Notes under the pieces: generated by a model | Seen by the model: only the letters and a program-made list of their open reading frames with translations | What the model was told of the DNA's origin: nothing | The model's database searches: none | In this document: piece after piece, positions 39,264 through 50,067 of the stretch | Position numbering within the stretch: position 1 is the stretch's first letter | Layout: each line of letters starts with the position of its first letter | Program-made: the position numbers and the translations under genes | Source of the DNA: Thermoproteota archaeon | Lineage (GTDB): Archaea > Thermoproteota > Thermoprotei > Thermofilales > B9-G17 | Assembly (NCBI GenBank): GCA_029258885.1 | Contig: JAPDJW010000009.1 | Span: 1-64,000 of the forward strand | Reading direction: 5' to 3' | Length of the DNA stretch: 64,000 nt

Positions 39264-40768
39264 GAAGGTATATACTGATACTCATAATACTGGCATCCAT
39301 AGGCTACAACGCTTATTCGAAGCCCATATATGTAAGACCTAACTGGATTCTCAAGTACACGGGGGATATTAAGCTAACAGTATATACCCTTAAGCCCACA
39401 TCATACCCAATAGATCCTAAAATATGCCTAGAGGTAGAAGTCGAGCTAAATAATAGCAGAAACACGTATAAAGGATGCTATCTGCTTAAAACAGGGCATC
39501 GCATCTCAGGGAACCTCCCATGGAGCGTATTTCCACTAATTATACCTAGATACCTAGATTTAAACTCGAGTATAGAATTCGATGATGGAGAATGGAGGAG
39601 CACAGGCTTCGAATATATTATCTTCAAGGGTTACGGGATCAAGACCATAGTCTTTAGCAGGGGTAAGCTCTATAGGCTTTACGACTGGAATACCGGTCTG
39701 CTAATCAAGGGATACATAAGCTTCAGCGGAAAATACTATCTAATAGAGCTAAACGATACAAACCTAGAGTGGATATACATTAGGTACAGGAACTTCTATG
39801 TAGACTACAGAAACCTAACAATCTATCTAATGGAGATGAATAGAAGCTATACGTACGTATACCTCCACTCCATAGGCAAATCCGTCCTGGGCAACGATAT
39901 ATGGGCATTAGAAATAGGGCCTAGGAGTGGAAGAGCCATAGTAGTAAGCTCGTGTATCCACGGCCCTGAAATGCTCGGCATAAAGGTTTCAATATACGCA
40001 ATAAATAGAATAGTTTCAAATAAAACAATAATAGACTCCCTTAAAAACAGGAATATAAAACTGGTTTTCATAATGCCCCTAAATCCAGACGGCCTCGAAT
40101 TCTCGAAGCTCGCACCACCAGAGAGGGAGTACAGGGGCTACGTAAGGAAAAACGCTAGATACGTGGATCTAAACAGGAACTTCAACTTCAGCTGGAACAC
40201 CCAGCGGGCTTCAGCCGATGTAAACGCCTGGAATTACAAGGGGCCGAGCCCCCTATCGGAGCCCGAGGCTGTAGCTTTCTCCTCATATATAGCTGGAGAG
40301 GACGTAATCATGCACATAGACCTACACACCGGAGAGTACGGCGTAGTAATACCCCCAGCATACGGCGGAAAAGTCGATAAACTTGCAGAATACATCGGAA
40401 AGAAGATAGCTGAAATGATGAATCTACCCTACTATAGGGGCTCCATAATTTCAGCGGCATACCTACAGACCTACATGATCTATCAGAAAGGCTTAACCCT
40501 AGCATTCATAATAGAGCTACATACGAGCGATTCCCCAAGATGGTTTGAGAGATACAACGTTATATCGCAGTCGAAGCTGAACGATATATCGGAGAAATTC
40601 TATAAAATGATAGCCTACTTCGCCGACGAGTTCGACTGGAACAACATAAAGATTCCAGAGGAAGAGCCAAGCTACAGTAGGCTAGCTATCGTAACACTAA
40701 TAGCCATTATTTTAGCTGCCATGATAGTAGCAATATATAGAATGGCTAAGCAAGGATACAGAGTCTAA
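39260..40768 (+). CDS. Membrane-anchored M14 zinc carboxypeptidase
   Basis: HGPE, NPDG, RKN...DLNRNF, IDLHT; signal peptide and C-terminal TM. Confidence 0.88.
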   Translation: MRRYILILIILASIGYNAYSKPIYVRPNWILKYTGDIKLTVYTLKPTSYPIDPKICLEVEVELNNSRNTYKGCYLLKTGHRISGNLPWSVFPLIIPRYLDLNSSIEFDDGEWRSTGFEYIIFKGYGIKTIVFSRGKLYRLYDWNTGLLIKGYISFSGKYYLIELNDTNLEWIYIRYRNFYVDYRNLTIYLMEMNRSYTYVYLHSIGKSVLGNDIWALEIGPRSGRAIVVSSCIHGPEMLGIKVSIYAINRIVSNKTIIDSLKNRNIKLVFIMPLNPDGLEFSKLAPPEREYRGYVRKNARYVDLNRNFNFSWNTQRASADVNAWNYKGPSPLSEPEAVAFSSYIAGEDVIMHIDLHTGEYGVVIPPAYGGKVDKLAEYIGKKIAEMMNLPYYRGSIISAAYLQTYMIYQKGLTLAFIIELHTSDSPRWFERYNVISQSKLNDISEKFYKMIAYFADEFDWNNIKIPEEEPSYSRLAIVTLIAIILAAMIVAIYRMAKQGYRV

Positions 40769-41004
40769 TAACTCTAAAGCTATTAAATGAGCAATTGTTT
40801 ATACCTAGATAAAGCTAAAATCTATTTAGTTACATGCCTTTAGCAAATTGCAAATCGCAGATCGAATATAAAGGATAGAGTTAAAATAGAATTGTTAAGT
40901 TTGGATTTTTAACAAAAATATCTAGCTGGTAAAGGATGATACTTATATATTCAGGAATATAAGTAATCTATTTTAGAAGATACTAAAATATACCGTGATA
41001 AATT

Positions 41005-42366
41005 ATGATTAAAAGTAAGCTCCTCTCTGCTATTATTTTAATTATTTCAATTATCATCTCAATCACATACTACGCATTCTATGGATATGCCAGTTCTAAT
41101 AGAAGAGGCACAGTACCTATATACTATATGATTGAGACTTTAGGTAAGAAGGTCGATGTTCAGGGATACTACCTTAGAAGGGATGATAAAGCTATGGCTG
41201 GTGTAGCCTATCAGGAGATATTTAAAGCGAAGGAGAGTTTAGGGCCGTGGAAGCTGACGCATTTCCGTAGAAGTATAACTTGGAATGCCGCAATTAATGT
41301 AAAACTTAATTTAATACTCTATGATAGAGTAGAGCTTTATCCCAAGTTTCTATCCCTCTGGCTTAAGCCAGGTGTAGATAGTCATACTATAGTTTTCGAT
41401 AGAAACGTTACGATAACCTACTCGTATGTCATGCCTGTATATATGATTGAAGGCTATATCAATTCTAGTATTGCCGCGGAATTCTCCGATTACATGTTAC
41501 TCGATTTAAATATCAATGTACCACCGTTTCCACATAGCTCAAGCTATCATGTAACGTTAATCTTTAATTCAAGTATTTTAAGTATTGAGAAGCTAAGCTT
41601 TAAGCCTGGAAACCTACCTGAAATGCTCACTCGGGAGGCTTCGCTTGAGGAGAAGTACTATAAGTCACATGTGATAAGGTTTGCTGACCTAGATAGAATA
41701 CTGTATATTTCATGTATTCCCAACGGCGTCATTAGCATTAGAGTCATGGTTGAAAAATACAGAGCTAGGCTTGAAGATAAACCACTATTTATGCTTCAGG
41801 CAGTCTATAGCTATCCTCCCAACTACCCAGTACCCATATTTAAGGTTGATAACTGGAGCCTGTATAGAGTAATGTTTAGATATAAATCAGGAATCGATTT
41901 TCACCCAGAACTTGCAGGCCATATAGGCTACATCTATTATTTCCAATCACATATCCTTGGAGACCGCTTAACTATTGGAATAGACAGCTTAAACAATGTA
42001 TATCCAATCGGTCTGCTACCTCCCCTCTACATTATAGGGCTTCCCACAGAATCTTGGAGCCTATATTGTTTAATTGGTGAGCTTAATTTCTCAGCGTACA
42101 GGCTTAACAATAAACTGCATTTAAGGCTTTATCTGCCGAACTTCACGGATATAACGTCAAGATATAGGCACGTGTTAACTCCTATATACCTGATATATGT
42201 ATATCTCAAATTCACACAGGTAGAGATATTGAAGGTTGAGCCGAGCCTACCTATAGACTACGCCATAGCCAATTATCCCTGCGGAACACTAATAGTCCTA
42301 TATGTTCGTCCTGAAGCTCAGCCAAAGCTTATCCCCCTTAAAGTAGAGCTAGTAGTAGAAGATTAA
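41005..42366 (+). CDS. Hypothetical secreted/anchored protein
   Basis: N-terminal signal anchor, beta-rich body, no recognised motif. Confidence 0.65.
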   Translation: MIKSKLLSAIILIISIIISITYYAFYGYASSNRRGTVPIYYMIETLGKKVDVQGYYLRRDDKAMAGVAYQEIFKAKESLGPWKLTHFRRSITWNAAINVKLNLILYDRVELYPKFLSLWLKPGVDSHTIVFDRNVTITYSYVMPVYMIEGYINSSIAAEFSDYMLLDLNINVPPFPHSSSYHVTLIFNSSILSIEKLSFKPGNLPEMLTREASLEEKYYKSHVIRFADLDRILYISCIPNGVISIRVMVEKYRARLEDKPLFMLQAVYSYPPNYPVPIFKVDNWSLYRVMFRYKSGIDFHPELAGHIGYIYYFQSHILGDRLTIGIDSLNNVYPIGLLPPLYIIGLPTESWSLYCLIGELNFSAYRLNNKLHLRLYLPNFTDITSRYRHVLTPIYLIYVYLKFTQVEILKVEPSLPIDYAIANYPCGTLIVLYVRPEAQPKLIPLKVELVVED

Positions 42367-42368
42367 AC

Positions 42369-42605
42369 ATGCAAACCTATGTAAAGGACTATTCGTTTAT
42401 TTGGGATATTTTGGGAACGCTATATTTATATTTCTCTTTTTGTTTGGATGTTTGGTGCTATCAGGCTTACGCCGATGACGGCTTACCCCGTAACCCGCAC
42501 CCAGTGGTGTGCGGGAATGTAGCTCCCAATAAACCACCGAAAAATGAAGTGAATGAGGAAGAAGCCCCTGCAAGCCATCAAAATATCGAAAATACCCAAA
42601 GATAA
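42369..42605 (+). CDS. Small hypothetical ORF (possibly a gene fragment)
   Basis: Starts 2 nt after the previous stop; hydrophobic stretch, then low complexity. Confidence 0.3.
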   Translation: MQTYVKDYSFIWDILGTLYLYFSFCLDVWCYQAYADDGLPRNPHPVVCGNVAPNKPPKNEVNEEEAPASHQNIENTQR

Positions 42606-42881
42606 TGCACAGGCAACCATTCACAGTAAACCTCATCATATACCTTAAGGAAATGATTAGGCTATTCCAGCCCGAAGAGATAGGCGTTGCTGAAAGCCGA
42701 GGAATTACCCATTACTTTAGCGCTGAACGGGAACTATTCAGTTAAAATTTTTGCCTATTGTCCATAAACGCTAAATTGAGGGGATATTTAGAAGCGTAAT
42801 GTTTAGTTAAGCCCTATATTTCTCAGCATTAATAGAAACATTTATTAATGTCGATGAATAGCTGGTTTACTCCGTGATATT

Positions 42882-45056
42882 ATGGATTCGTCCGGCTCCC
42901 TAGATTCAGGGGAGGAGGAACCACCAGATAAAATAAGGAAGATAATTGAGGATAAAGTTGGGGAGCCGGTAATCTACCTGGCTGAAAGCGACCTAAATAG
43001 GGACGGCTTCTTCGGTAGAGAATATCTAGCTGTAATCGACGGAAGAATACTAGTACTTAATCGAGACTATGAGATAATCGGCGAATATAGGCTGAGGGAT
43101 ATTGACTCAATTGAGGTCAGGGACTACCTGGGGGGAGGCGAGGTAGAGGTCGAGATGGCTGGACGCTACATAACGTTAATAAGATTCACGAGAAGCAAGG
43201 TCGATGAATTTAGGAAGCTCGTGAGAGTAGTATACGGAATAAAATACGGTGGTCTAAAGCCCGAATATCTAAATGAAGATTATTCGAGCAATAATAACTC
43301 CGCTAAGAAGACTGATACGTTAAGAAGGTTGCTGAAGTATCTGCTTCCATATAAGAAGCTTGGAGCTCTAGCCCTAGCTTTATCACTGATATTAACTGGA
43401 TTAAATCTAGCTCCACCATATCTATTTAAGATACTGATAGACGATGTTTTAACGGGCGGAAACGTAAGTCTCCTACCAAATATTATAGCCATGCTAATAG
43501 CAGTATACGCCCTGAAGACGATCGTCGATATAGGTAGAAGCTACATTCTATCGGTGTTAAGCCAGAAGGTAGTATTCGATATGAGGAAGGAGCTCTTCGA
43601 GCACATACAGAAGCTATCGCTAGGATTCTACGATAAATACAGCTCAGGCAGGCTACTCTCCAGAATAACCTCCGACACAAGCAGGATCATGTGGTTCCTA
43701 ACCTGGGGAGTCCAGTCGCTAGTAATAAACACGTTGACCGTAGTCGGCATAGGGGTAATAATATTCTCGATAGACTGGAGGCTATCGCTCTTCGCCCTAG
43801 CCCCCGTACCGATAGTAGTCGCTGGCATATACAAGTTCAAGAAGAAGTCCAGGAGAATATACCATAAGGCGTGGAGGAAATGGTCGGATGTAAACGTAAT
43901 ACTCGTAGACACAATTCCAGGAGCAATAGTAGTTAAATCCTTCAACAGGGAGGACTACGAGTTCAGAAGATTCATATCAAGACTCAGGGACGTAGTTAAG
44001 GCAAACATAAACGTAACCAAGTTGAGGCTAGAGTTCTTCCCAGCACTAGGATTCATAATGTCCCTGGGAGGAGCGGTAATATGGTGGATAGGCGGAATGG
44101 AGGTATTAAAGGGAACACTAACCCTAGGAACATTAACTGCCTTCATAAGCTACATGTGGCAGTTCTACGGACCAATCCAATCCCTAAGCAACCTCATACA
44201 GCCCCTACAGGAGGCGCTAACCTCTGGAGAAAGGGTATTTGAAATACTCAACGTAAAGCCTGAAATAGAGGACCAGCCGGATTCGGTGGACTTCGAGTTC
44301 AAGGGACATATAAAGTTCGAGAACGTATGCTTCGGATACGAGAAGTACGTAGATACGGTAAGGGACATAAACCTAGAGATAAGGCCGGGCGAGGTAGTAG
44401 GAATAGTCGGCCCAAGCGGCTCAGGCAAAACCACTTTAATGAAGCTACTACTGAGGTTCTACGATCCATCCAGCGGAAGAATACTAATAGATGGAGTAGA
44501 CATAAGGAAGATAAAGCTAAGCTCCCTCAGGAGGCAGATAGGGATAGTCCTACAGGAGCCAATATTATTCAGCGGAACAATAGCCCACAACATAGCCTAT
44601 GGAAAGCTTGATGCAGAGCCGGAGGAAATAATTGCAGCTGCAAAGGCCGCATACGCCCACAACTTTATAATGAAGCTACCGCTAGCCTACGATTCACCAG
44701 TAGGTGAGAGAGGCTCACGACTATCCGGGGGAGAGAGGCAGAGAATAGCCATAGCTAGAGCACTGATAACGGATCCCAAAATACTGATACTCGATGAAGC
44801 CACGTCATCGGTAGATACGATAACCGAGAGGCTAATACAGAAGGCGTTGGAAAACCTCATCAAAGGAAGGACGACGATAATAATTGCACACAGGCTATCC
44901 ACGGTAAAGAACGCCGATAAGATAGTAGTTATGCATAATGGAAGAATAGTTGAAGTTGGAACACACAGCGAACTACTGAGGAGAAACGGATTATATAAGA
45001 GACTGTGGGAGGCACAGTTCGAGGAAACAAAGGTCGAGGCAATAAAGGTGAGATAA
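42882..45056 (+). CDS. ABC exporter (TMD+NBD fusion, MsbA/ABCB type) with N-terminal extension
   Basis: GPSGSGKT, LSGGERQR, ILDEATS, IAHRLST; ~130-aa PH-like N-terminal extension. Confidence 0.93.
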   Translation: MDSSGSLDSGEEEPPDKIRKIIEDKVGEPVIYLAESDLNRDGFFGREYLAVIDGRILVLNRDYEIIGEYRLRDIDSIEVRDYLGGGEVEVEMAGRYITLIRFTRSKVDEFRKLVRVVYGIKYGGLKPEYLNEDYSSNNNSAKKTDTLRRLLKYLLPYKKLGALALALSLILTGLNLAPPYLFKILIDDVLTGGNVSLLPNIIAMLIAVYALKTIVDIGRSYILSVLSQKVVFDMRKELFEHIQKLSLGFYDKYSSGRLLSRITSDTSRIMWFLTWGVQSLVINTLTVVGIGVIIFSIDWRLSLFALAPVPIVVAGIYKFKKKSRRIYHKAWRKWSDVNVILVDTIPGAIVVKSFNREDYEFRRFISRLRDVVKANINVTKLRLEFFPALGFIMSLGGAVIWWIGGMEVLKGTLTLGTLTAFISYMWQFYGPIQSLSNLIQPLQEALTSGERVFEILNVKPEIEDQPDSVDFEFKGHIKFENVCFGYEKYVDTVRDINLEIRPGEVVGIVGPSGSGKTTLMKLLLRFYDPSSGRILIDGVDIRKIKLSSLRRQIGIVLQEPILFSGTIAHNIAYGKLDAEPEEIIAAAKAAYAHNFIMKLPLAYDSPVGERGSRLSGGERQRIAIARALITDPKILILDEATSSVDTITERLIQKALENLIKGRTTIIIAHRLSTVKNADKIVVMHNGRIVEVGTHSELLRRNGLYKRLWEAQFEETKVEAIKVR

Positions 45057-45544
45057 TGTATAGGAAATGGATAAACCTAGTAGATCCAAAGGAGGTAGAG
45101 GCACGTTTTTCAGAGAAAGGCAACGCCCTAACACTCAAGGTAAACGGCGTAACATACAGCGAGGTAGTACCTAGAAAACCATTCCCACTATCTAGGCCGA
45201 ATTTCATAATATTCACAACAAGAGATGGAGAGGAAATATGTGCAGTAAAAGACTACACGAAAATGGATCCAAGCTCAGTTAAAGCGGTAGAGAAGCTACT
45301 AAACAAAATGTACTTCATACCAAAAATAAAGAGGGTAATCGCCCTAAACTACGAGGGTGGAGCCTATGTATGGGCGGTTGAAACAGATAAAGGCAGGAGA
45401 GAGTTCAAAACAAGAGGAAGAAGAATATACCAAATGGATGACGGAAAAATAGTAATCACAGATACTCATGGAAACGTATATTTGATAGAAAACCCAGCAA
45501 GACTAGATAGAAGAAGCAGAGAAATGCTAGAAGAAATAGTCTAG
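45056..45544 (+). CDS. DUF1854 domain protein
   Basis: PRKPFPLS.P..FI, YFIPKI, W.VETDKG...F and D..GNVYLI...LD..S..L motifs; TAATG overlap with the ABC gene. Confidence 0.8.
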   Translation: MYRKWINLVDPKEVEARFSEKGNALTLKVNGVTYSEVVPRKPFPLSRPNFIIFTTRDGEEICAVKDYTKMDPSSVKAVEKLLNKMYFIPKIKRVIALNYEGGAYVWAVETDKGRREFKTRGRRIYQMDDGKIVITDTHGNVYLIENPARLDRRSREMLEEIV

Positions 45545-45740
45545 TAATCGAAGGATCTCTCCAGAAACTCTCTTTTAAATGAAACTCCTCATGTCAGAGG
45601 CCGACAACATATGTTATTTTCTCAAAATCCTTAAGTTTTCTATAATATTTTAGCTTTTTACTAGCCTACCAGTTCTCGCTTAATTGATGCAACACTTATG
45701 ACACAGAAATTTTATATATCCCCTTGCTCAACGATTAAAC

Positions 45741-45941
45741 GTGAAGACAATAACGATAAGCGATGATGTATATAGAAAGCTTGTTGCAATTAAGGGCAAT
45801 AGAACATTTTCTCAGATTATTGATGAATTAATTACACGTGACATTAGTAGGCGAGTGGAAGAGATAATTAGAATCGCTACCAGTAGACCTGAAGGTGTCA
45901 ATGAGCTTGAAAGAATAGTTAAAATAATTAGGGAGCCATGA
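45741..45941 (+). CDS. VapB-like (DUF217 type) antitoxin, no adjacent toxin
   Basis: MKTITISDDVY.KL...K...TFSQII. Confidence 0.75.
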   Translation: MKTITISDDVYRKLVAIKGNRTFSQIIDELITRDISRRVEEIIRIATSRPEGVNELERIVKIIREP

Positions 45942-46023
45942 CGTAATCTAATACTTATAATGGGGAATTAGTGAATATGCCTTCAAAACTTTTTCTATAA
46001 AAACTAAAGGCTAAAGGTTGAAT

Positions 46024-47397
46024 TTATGAAATAAATTTATACATACTCTTTATTTTTTCTATATTCTTTCTTATCTGCTCCTCAGGATAGTAGTATGGCT
46101 TCAAGTTTCCGTTAAAATACTCTTCATATGCCTTCATGTCGAAGAATCCATGCCCACTTAAATTAAACAGTATAGTTATCTCCTCATTTCTCTCCCTAGC
46201 CTTAACCGCTTCATCTATCGTCGCCTTAACGGCGTGAGCCGACTCCGGAGCCGGCAGAATCCCCTCAACCTTAGTGAATAGGGTTGCAGCCTCAAACACG
46301 CTAACCTGATCATAGGCGACAGCGTCCACGTAACCCTCAACTATAAGCAGGCTTAGAGTCGGCGCATTGCCGTGATACCTTAATCCGCCAGCGTGTATAG
46401 GCGGTGGAATAAATTCATGGCCTAAAGTGTGCATTTTAATTAATGGTGTAATACGTGCAGTGTCTCCGTGGTCGTACGTATATATTCCTCGTGTTAAAGT
46501 GGGGCATGCGGTAGCTTCGGCCGCAATAAACCTAATGTCCTTAGGAGCCTTACCGGAGACCTTATCGTAGTAGAAAGGCCAGAAGAGACCGGAGAAGTTG
46601 CTGCCTCCTCCAACACACCCTATAACAACGTCGGGATAATCGTCCATAAGCTCTATTTGATGCTTAGCCTCGAGGCCAACGACCGTCTGATGCATTAAAA
46701 CGTGGTTTAGAACGCTGCCCAGCGAGTACTTGGCATCATCATGAGTAACTGCATCCTCGATAGCCTCACTAATAGCAATACCCAAACTACCCGGATTATC
46801 GGGATCCATCTCCCTAAGCCTCCTACCGTACTTCGTCCTATCGCTTGGACTAGGCACAACATCGGCACCATAGGCCTGCATTAGAACCCTCCTATAGGGC
46901 TTCTGGTAGTAGCTCACCCTAACCATATATATTGTAGCCTTCAATCCGAAGATGGAGCATGCGAAGGCAAGCGCCGAGCCCCACTGCCCAGCTCCAGTCT
47001 CTGTTGTAAGCCTCTCAATACCCTCCCTCATGTTGAAGTATGCCTGTGCAACCGCAGTATTAGGCTTATGACTACCGGGAGGACTAACTCCCTCATATTT
47101 ATAGTAGATTCTAGCCGGAGTCTTAAGGTACTTCTCAAGCCTAGCAGCCCTAATTAAAGGCGTAGGACGCCATAGACTATACGCCTCCCTAACCTCCTCA
47201 GGTATGGGTATCCACCTATCCATAGAATACTCTTGTCTAACGAGTTCCTTAGCGAAGAGAGGTTCAAGATCTGATGGCTTAACTGGCTCCCCAGTAGCAG
47301 GGTTAATCATGAGTGGAAGAGGCTTAGGGAGATCCGGCAGAATATTATACCACTGCTTGGGTATCTTATCCTCATTAAGCACTATTTTTCTCATCAT
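46024..47397 (-). CDS. trpB2: TrpB2 (tryptophan synthase beta-like PLP enzyme)
   Basis: [17 protein letters not shown] lysine, [21 protein letters not shown]. Confidence 0.95.
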   Translation of the reverse strand: MMRKIVLNEDKIPKQWYNILPDLPKPLPLMINPATGEPVKPSDLEPLFAKELVRQEYSMDRWIPIPEEVREAYSLWRPTPLIRAARLEKYLKTPARIYYKYEGVSPPGSHKPNTAVAQAYFNMREGIERLTTETGAGQWGSALAFACSIFGLKATIYMVRVSYYQKPYRRVLMQAYGADVVPSPSDRTKYGRRLREMDPDNPGSLGIAISEAIEDAVTHDDAKYSLGSVLNHVLMHQTVVGLEAKHQIELMDDYPDVVIGCVGGGSNFSGLFWPFYYDKVSGKAPKDIRFIAAEATACPTLTRGIYTYDHGDTARITPLIKMHTLGHEFIPPPIHAGGLRYHGNAPTLSLLIVEGYVDAVAYDQVSVFEAATLFTKVEGILPAPESAHAVKATIDEAVKARERNEEITILFNLSGHGFFDMKAYEEYFNGNLKPYYYPEEQIRKNIEKIKSMYKFIS

Positions 47398-47518
47398 ATT
47401 TGATCACCGTAACGCAGAAACATACTATATTTAACATTTATATACTTTATTGTACAAAAAAGTACATTATTGAACTGACAATAATACTTAAATTCGATAT
47501 CCGTATATCAATATGTAG

Positions 47519-48031
47519 ATGAGAATCTGGGACGTTATTGAGGAGAAATTTGGGAGAAGCAGTAAAAAAATTGCAGTAATTAAAACACTAATGATGTATG
47601 GGTTTAGAATAGACGGGAATGGTATAATATACTGTGGTAAAGTAAAGATACCGTATGTTTCTGTGGCTAGGGCATGTAACGTGGATAGGAGAACAGTGAA
47701 GGAGACGGTAAAAGATCTGCTTAAAAACAATATACTAAGAGAGTTTTTCATGAATCTAGAGCCGGCTGGCGCATTCCTGAGGAAGGTGGCTAAGATCTTG
47801 GGGTATAGGTGTCTAGTTATAAGGGCTGTTGAGGATAAGCCCGGCATATTAGCTATGGTTTCAACAGCATTAGCTAAGAGGAACGTGAATATTGTTCAGG
47901 TGATAGCTGAAGACCCCAATCTATTCGAGAACCCAAGGCTATACATAATAACGAGCAACGAGATACCTGGCGATGCGATAAGCGAAATCCTGCAGAATAA
48001 GGATATGATAGAAAGCCTAACAATATTTTAG
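47519..48031 (+). CDS. ACT-domain amino-acid metabolism regulator (archaeal COG2150 type)
   Basis: N-terminal HTH (VARACNVDRRTV) plus ACT domain (DKPGILA...NIVQ..AEDP). Confidence 0.85.
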   Translation: MRIWDVIEEKFGRSSKKIAVIKTLMMYGFRIDGNGIIYCGKVKIPYVSVARACNVDRRTVKETVKDLLKNNILREFFMNLEPAGAFLRKVAKILGYRCLVIRAVEDKPGILAMVSTALAKRNVNIVQVIAEDPNLFENPRLYIITSNEIPGDAISEILQNKDMIESLTIF

Positions 48032-48098
48032 TCAAGCTATTTTCTCAGCTACAGGTCATGGAGAATATATTTTTAAACATATTTGATTAACTAGTACT

Positions 48099-48896
48099 GT
48101 GGATGTGATCGATTTGAGGATAATTAGGCAACTTGAAATAGTTAAGCATTATATGAATGAGTTTACCCTATATATGAAGAGGAAAGAAGATATATATTCG
48201 CTTGAAAGATTAGTTGAGCTTTTAACACAATCCCTTCTAGACTTAGGAGCTATGTATTTAGTAGCTGTTGGAGAAGCTAAACCCGACACCTATAGGGGCG
48301 TTATTAGGAGTTTTGCGGAGAGGGTTGGTTTAGATAGCAGGCAGAGGACTTTTCTAGAGGAGCTGGCAGGATTTAGAAATATTCTAGTACATAGATATGC
48401 TGAGATAGATAGAGAGGTCGAGCTAGTAGCATTTAAGGAAATACTAGATAAAATTCCTGAAATAGTTAAAGCTATAGGCGATTTCCTAGAGAAGGCGGAA
48501 GTGGGTCCAACGATTTCTGATTTAGAGGTTAAGTTGAGTAAAGTCTTTAAGAGGCATGGAGTTAGGTATGCCGTTGTCTTCGGCTCTATAGCTAGACAAG
48601 GCCATGGTAGAGATATCGACATAGCTGTTTCATGGAATATAGATAGCATGTTAAAGCTTGGACGGCTTTTAGTGGATATCGCTGATGCACTAAACGTTCA
48701 CGAGGACACGATAGACCTGGTTCACATAGAGTCAGCACCGCTATCCCTTATTAAGTCAATAATAGAGGATGGCAAGATAATATATGGAGATAGAGATATC
48801 GTACTTAAGGAGCTAACAAAATACTACCTAGAATATCTGGATGTAAACGAGACCTACAGGTACGTTAAGGATGTGCTGAAAAAACCTTATAGCTAG
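48099..48896 (+). CDS. Fused DUF86/HepT-type HEPN RNase and minimal nucleotidyltransferase
   Basis: GFRNILVHRY (RX4HXY) in the N-terminal half; VFGSIAR...DIDIAV and IDLV in the C-terminal half. Confidence 0.85.
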   Translation: MDVIDLRIIRQLEIVKHYMNEFTLYMKRKEDIYSLERLVELLTQSLLDLGAMYLVAVGEAKPDTYRGVIRSFAERVGLDSRQRTFLEELAGFRNILVHRYAEIDREVELVAFKEILDKIPEIVKAIGDFLEKAEVGPTISDLEVKLSKVFKRHGVRYAVVFGSIARQGHGRDIDIAVSWNIDSMLKLGRLLVDIADALNVHEDTIDLVHIESAPLSLIKSIIEDGKIIYGDRDIVLKELTKYYLEYLDVNETYRYVKDVLKKPYS

Positions 48897-48910
48897 AGCA
48901 AACGTTATAG

Positions 48911-49834
48911 CTACCCTAAGGGTATGTATATCGGCTCATTATCCGTGGCTATCCGGGAATGCCTTGCAAGCCTCTCCCTAAAATCCTTCGTTAATACGAA
49001 TATCCTACTATGTGTAACGCCGTCGTATGCTCTAAGCCCATTAATTCGATGCTTAGCCAACATTTCATCAATATACTCAGCCTTCATCTCCGATGCACGC
49101 CTCCCACTCTTAGACGCTATAGTAAAGCTCCACTCACTAAAGAAGGCTGGAACAAACGTATGGTATACCTCAACGGCAGGAAATACCTGAGTCAACGTCT
49201 TATATATCGTCCTCAAAACGTCCTCTTGGAAGTATAGGCTTCCCGACTGGGTCACAAACACTCCATTATCGCTAAGCCTATCATATATAAGTCTATAGAA
49301 CTCAAGGGTATACAGGTATACTGCAGGACCTCCTTCGAGAGGATCAACTAAATCGGCTATAATGACGTCGAAGGCATCCTTAGACTCCTCAATATACTTT
49401 CTGCCATCAGCTATAACTAGCTCAACGCGTGGATCATCAAATGAGCCTCTATGCCACTCAACGAGATTTCGCTTAGAATATTCTATGAAGTCTCCATCGA
49501 TATCAACCATAACTACATGCTTAACACAATCGTACCTTAAAACCTCCCTCAATGTAGCGCCTTCACCACCGCCTAAAATAAGCACTTTCGAAGGGTTGCC
49601 GTGAAGCAACATAGCTGGGTGAACCAGCGTCTCATGGTATATGTATTCATCGTAGAGGGATGACTGAAGCTTGCCGTCAATAAATAATGCCTTACCGAAG
49701 AAAGGCAATTCAACCAAGTCGATTTGCTGATACTTGGTCTTAAACGAGGAGATGTAGTGTTTAACACCATATATACATCCAACCTGGGATGGATAATACC
49801 AGTCTATAAACCAGCTGCGAATACCCGAACTCAT
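48911..49834 (-). CDS. speE: Polyamine aminopropyltransferase
   Basis: IDGKLQS, YHETLVHPAM, GGGEG, VDID, DLVDP. Confidence 0.92.
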   Translation of the reverse strand: MSSGIRSWFIDWYYPSQVGCIYGVKHYISSFKTKYQQIDLVELPFFGKALFIDGKLQSSLYDEYIYHETLVHPAMLLHGNPSKVLILGGGEGATLREVLRYDCVKHVVMVDIDGDFIEYSKRNLVEWHRGSFDDPRVELVIADGRKYIEESKDAFDVIIADLVDPLEGGPAVYLYTLEFYRLIYDRLSDNGVFVTQSGSLYFQEDVLRTIYKTLTQVFPAVEVYHTFVPAFFSEWSFTIASKSGRRASEMKAEYIDEMLAKHRINGLRAYDGVTHSRIFVLTKDFRERLARHSRIATDNEPIYIPLG

Positions 49835-50067
49835 AGCTAAGATAATAGGAAAACAAAGTATTTAAACCCATCTCCAAGCAAGTGAAGAGGGTATACAATG
49901 CAGAATTAACATCAGTTACCATTATCAAACCAGTATTTCACGAATGAACTAAAAAATACAGCTCAATCCATAATATATTCTAAAAAATTAGCTATATCGA
50001 AGCCAGCAATCTAAAATAAATCAATATAATAAGGATTTACTCTCGTGCTTAATAGCGTGGATAAAGG

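Noticed and set aside
42653-42706. C/D-like boxes ATGATTA...CCGA...CTGA
   Set aside because: No C' box, and the second guide is too short (~41 nt total).
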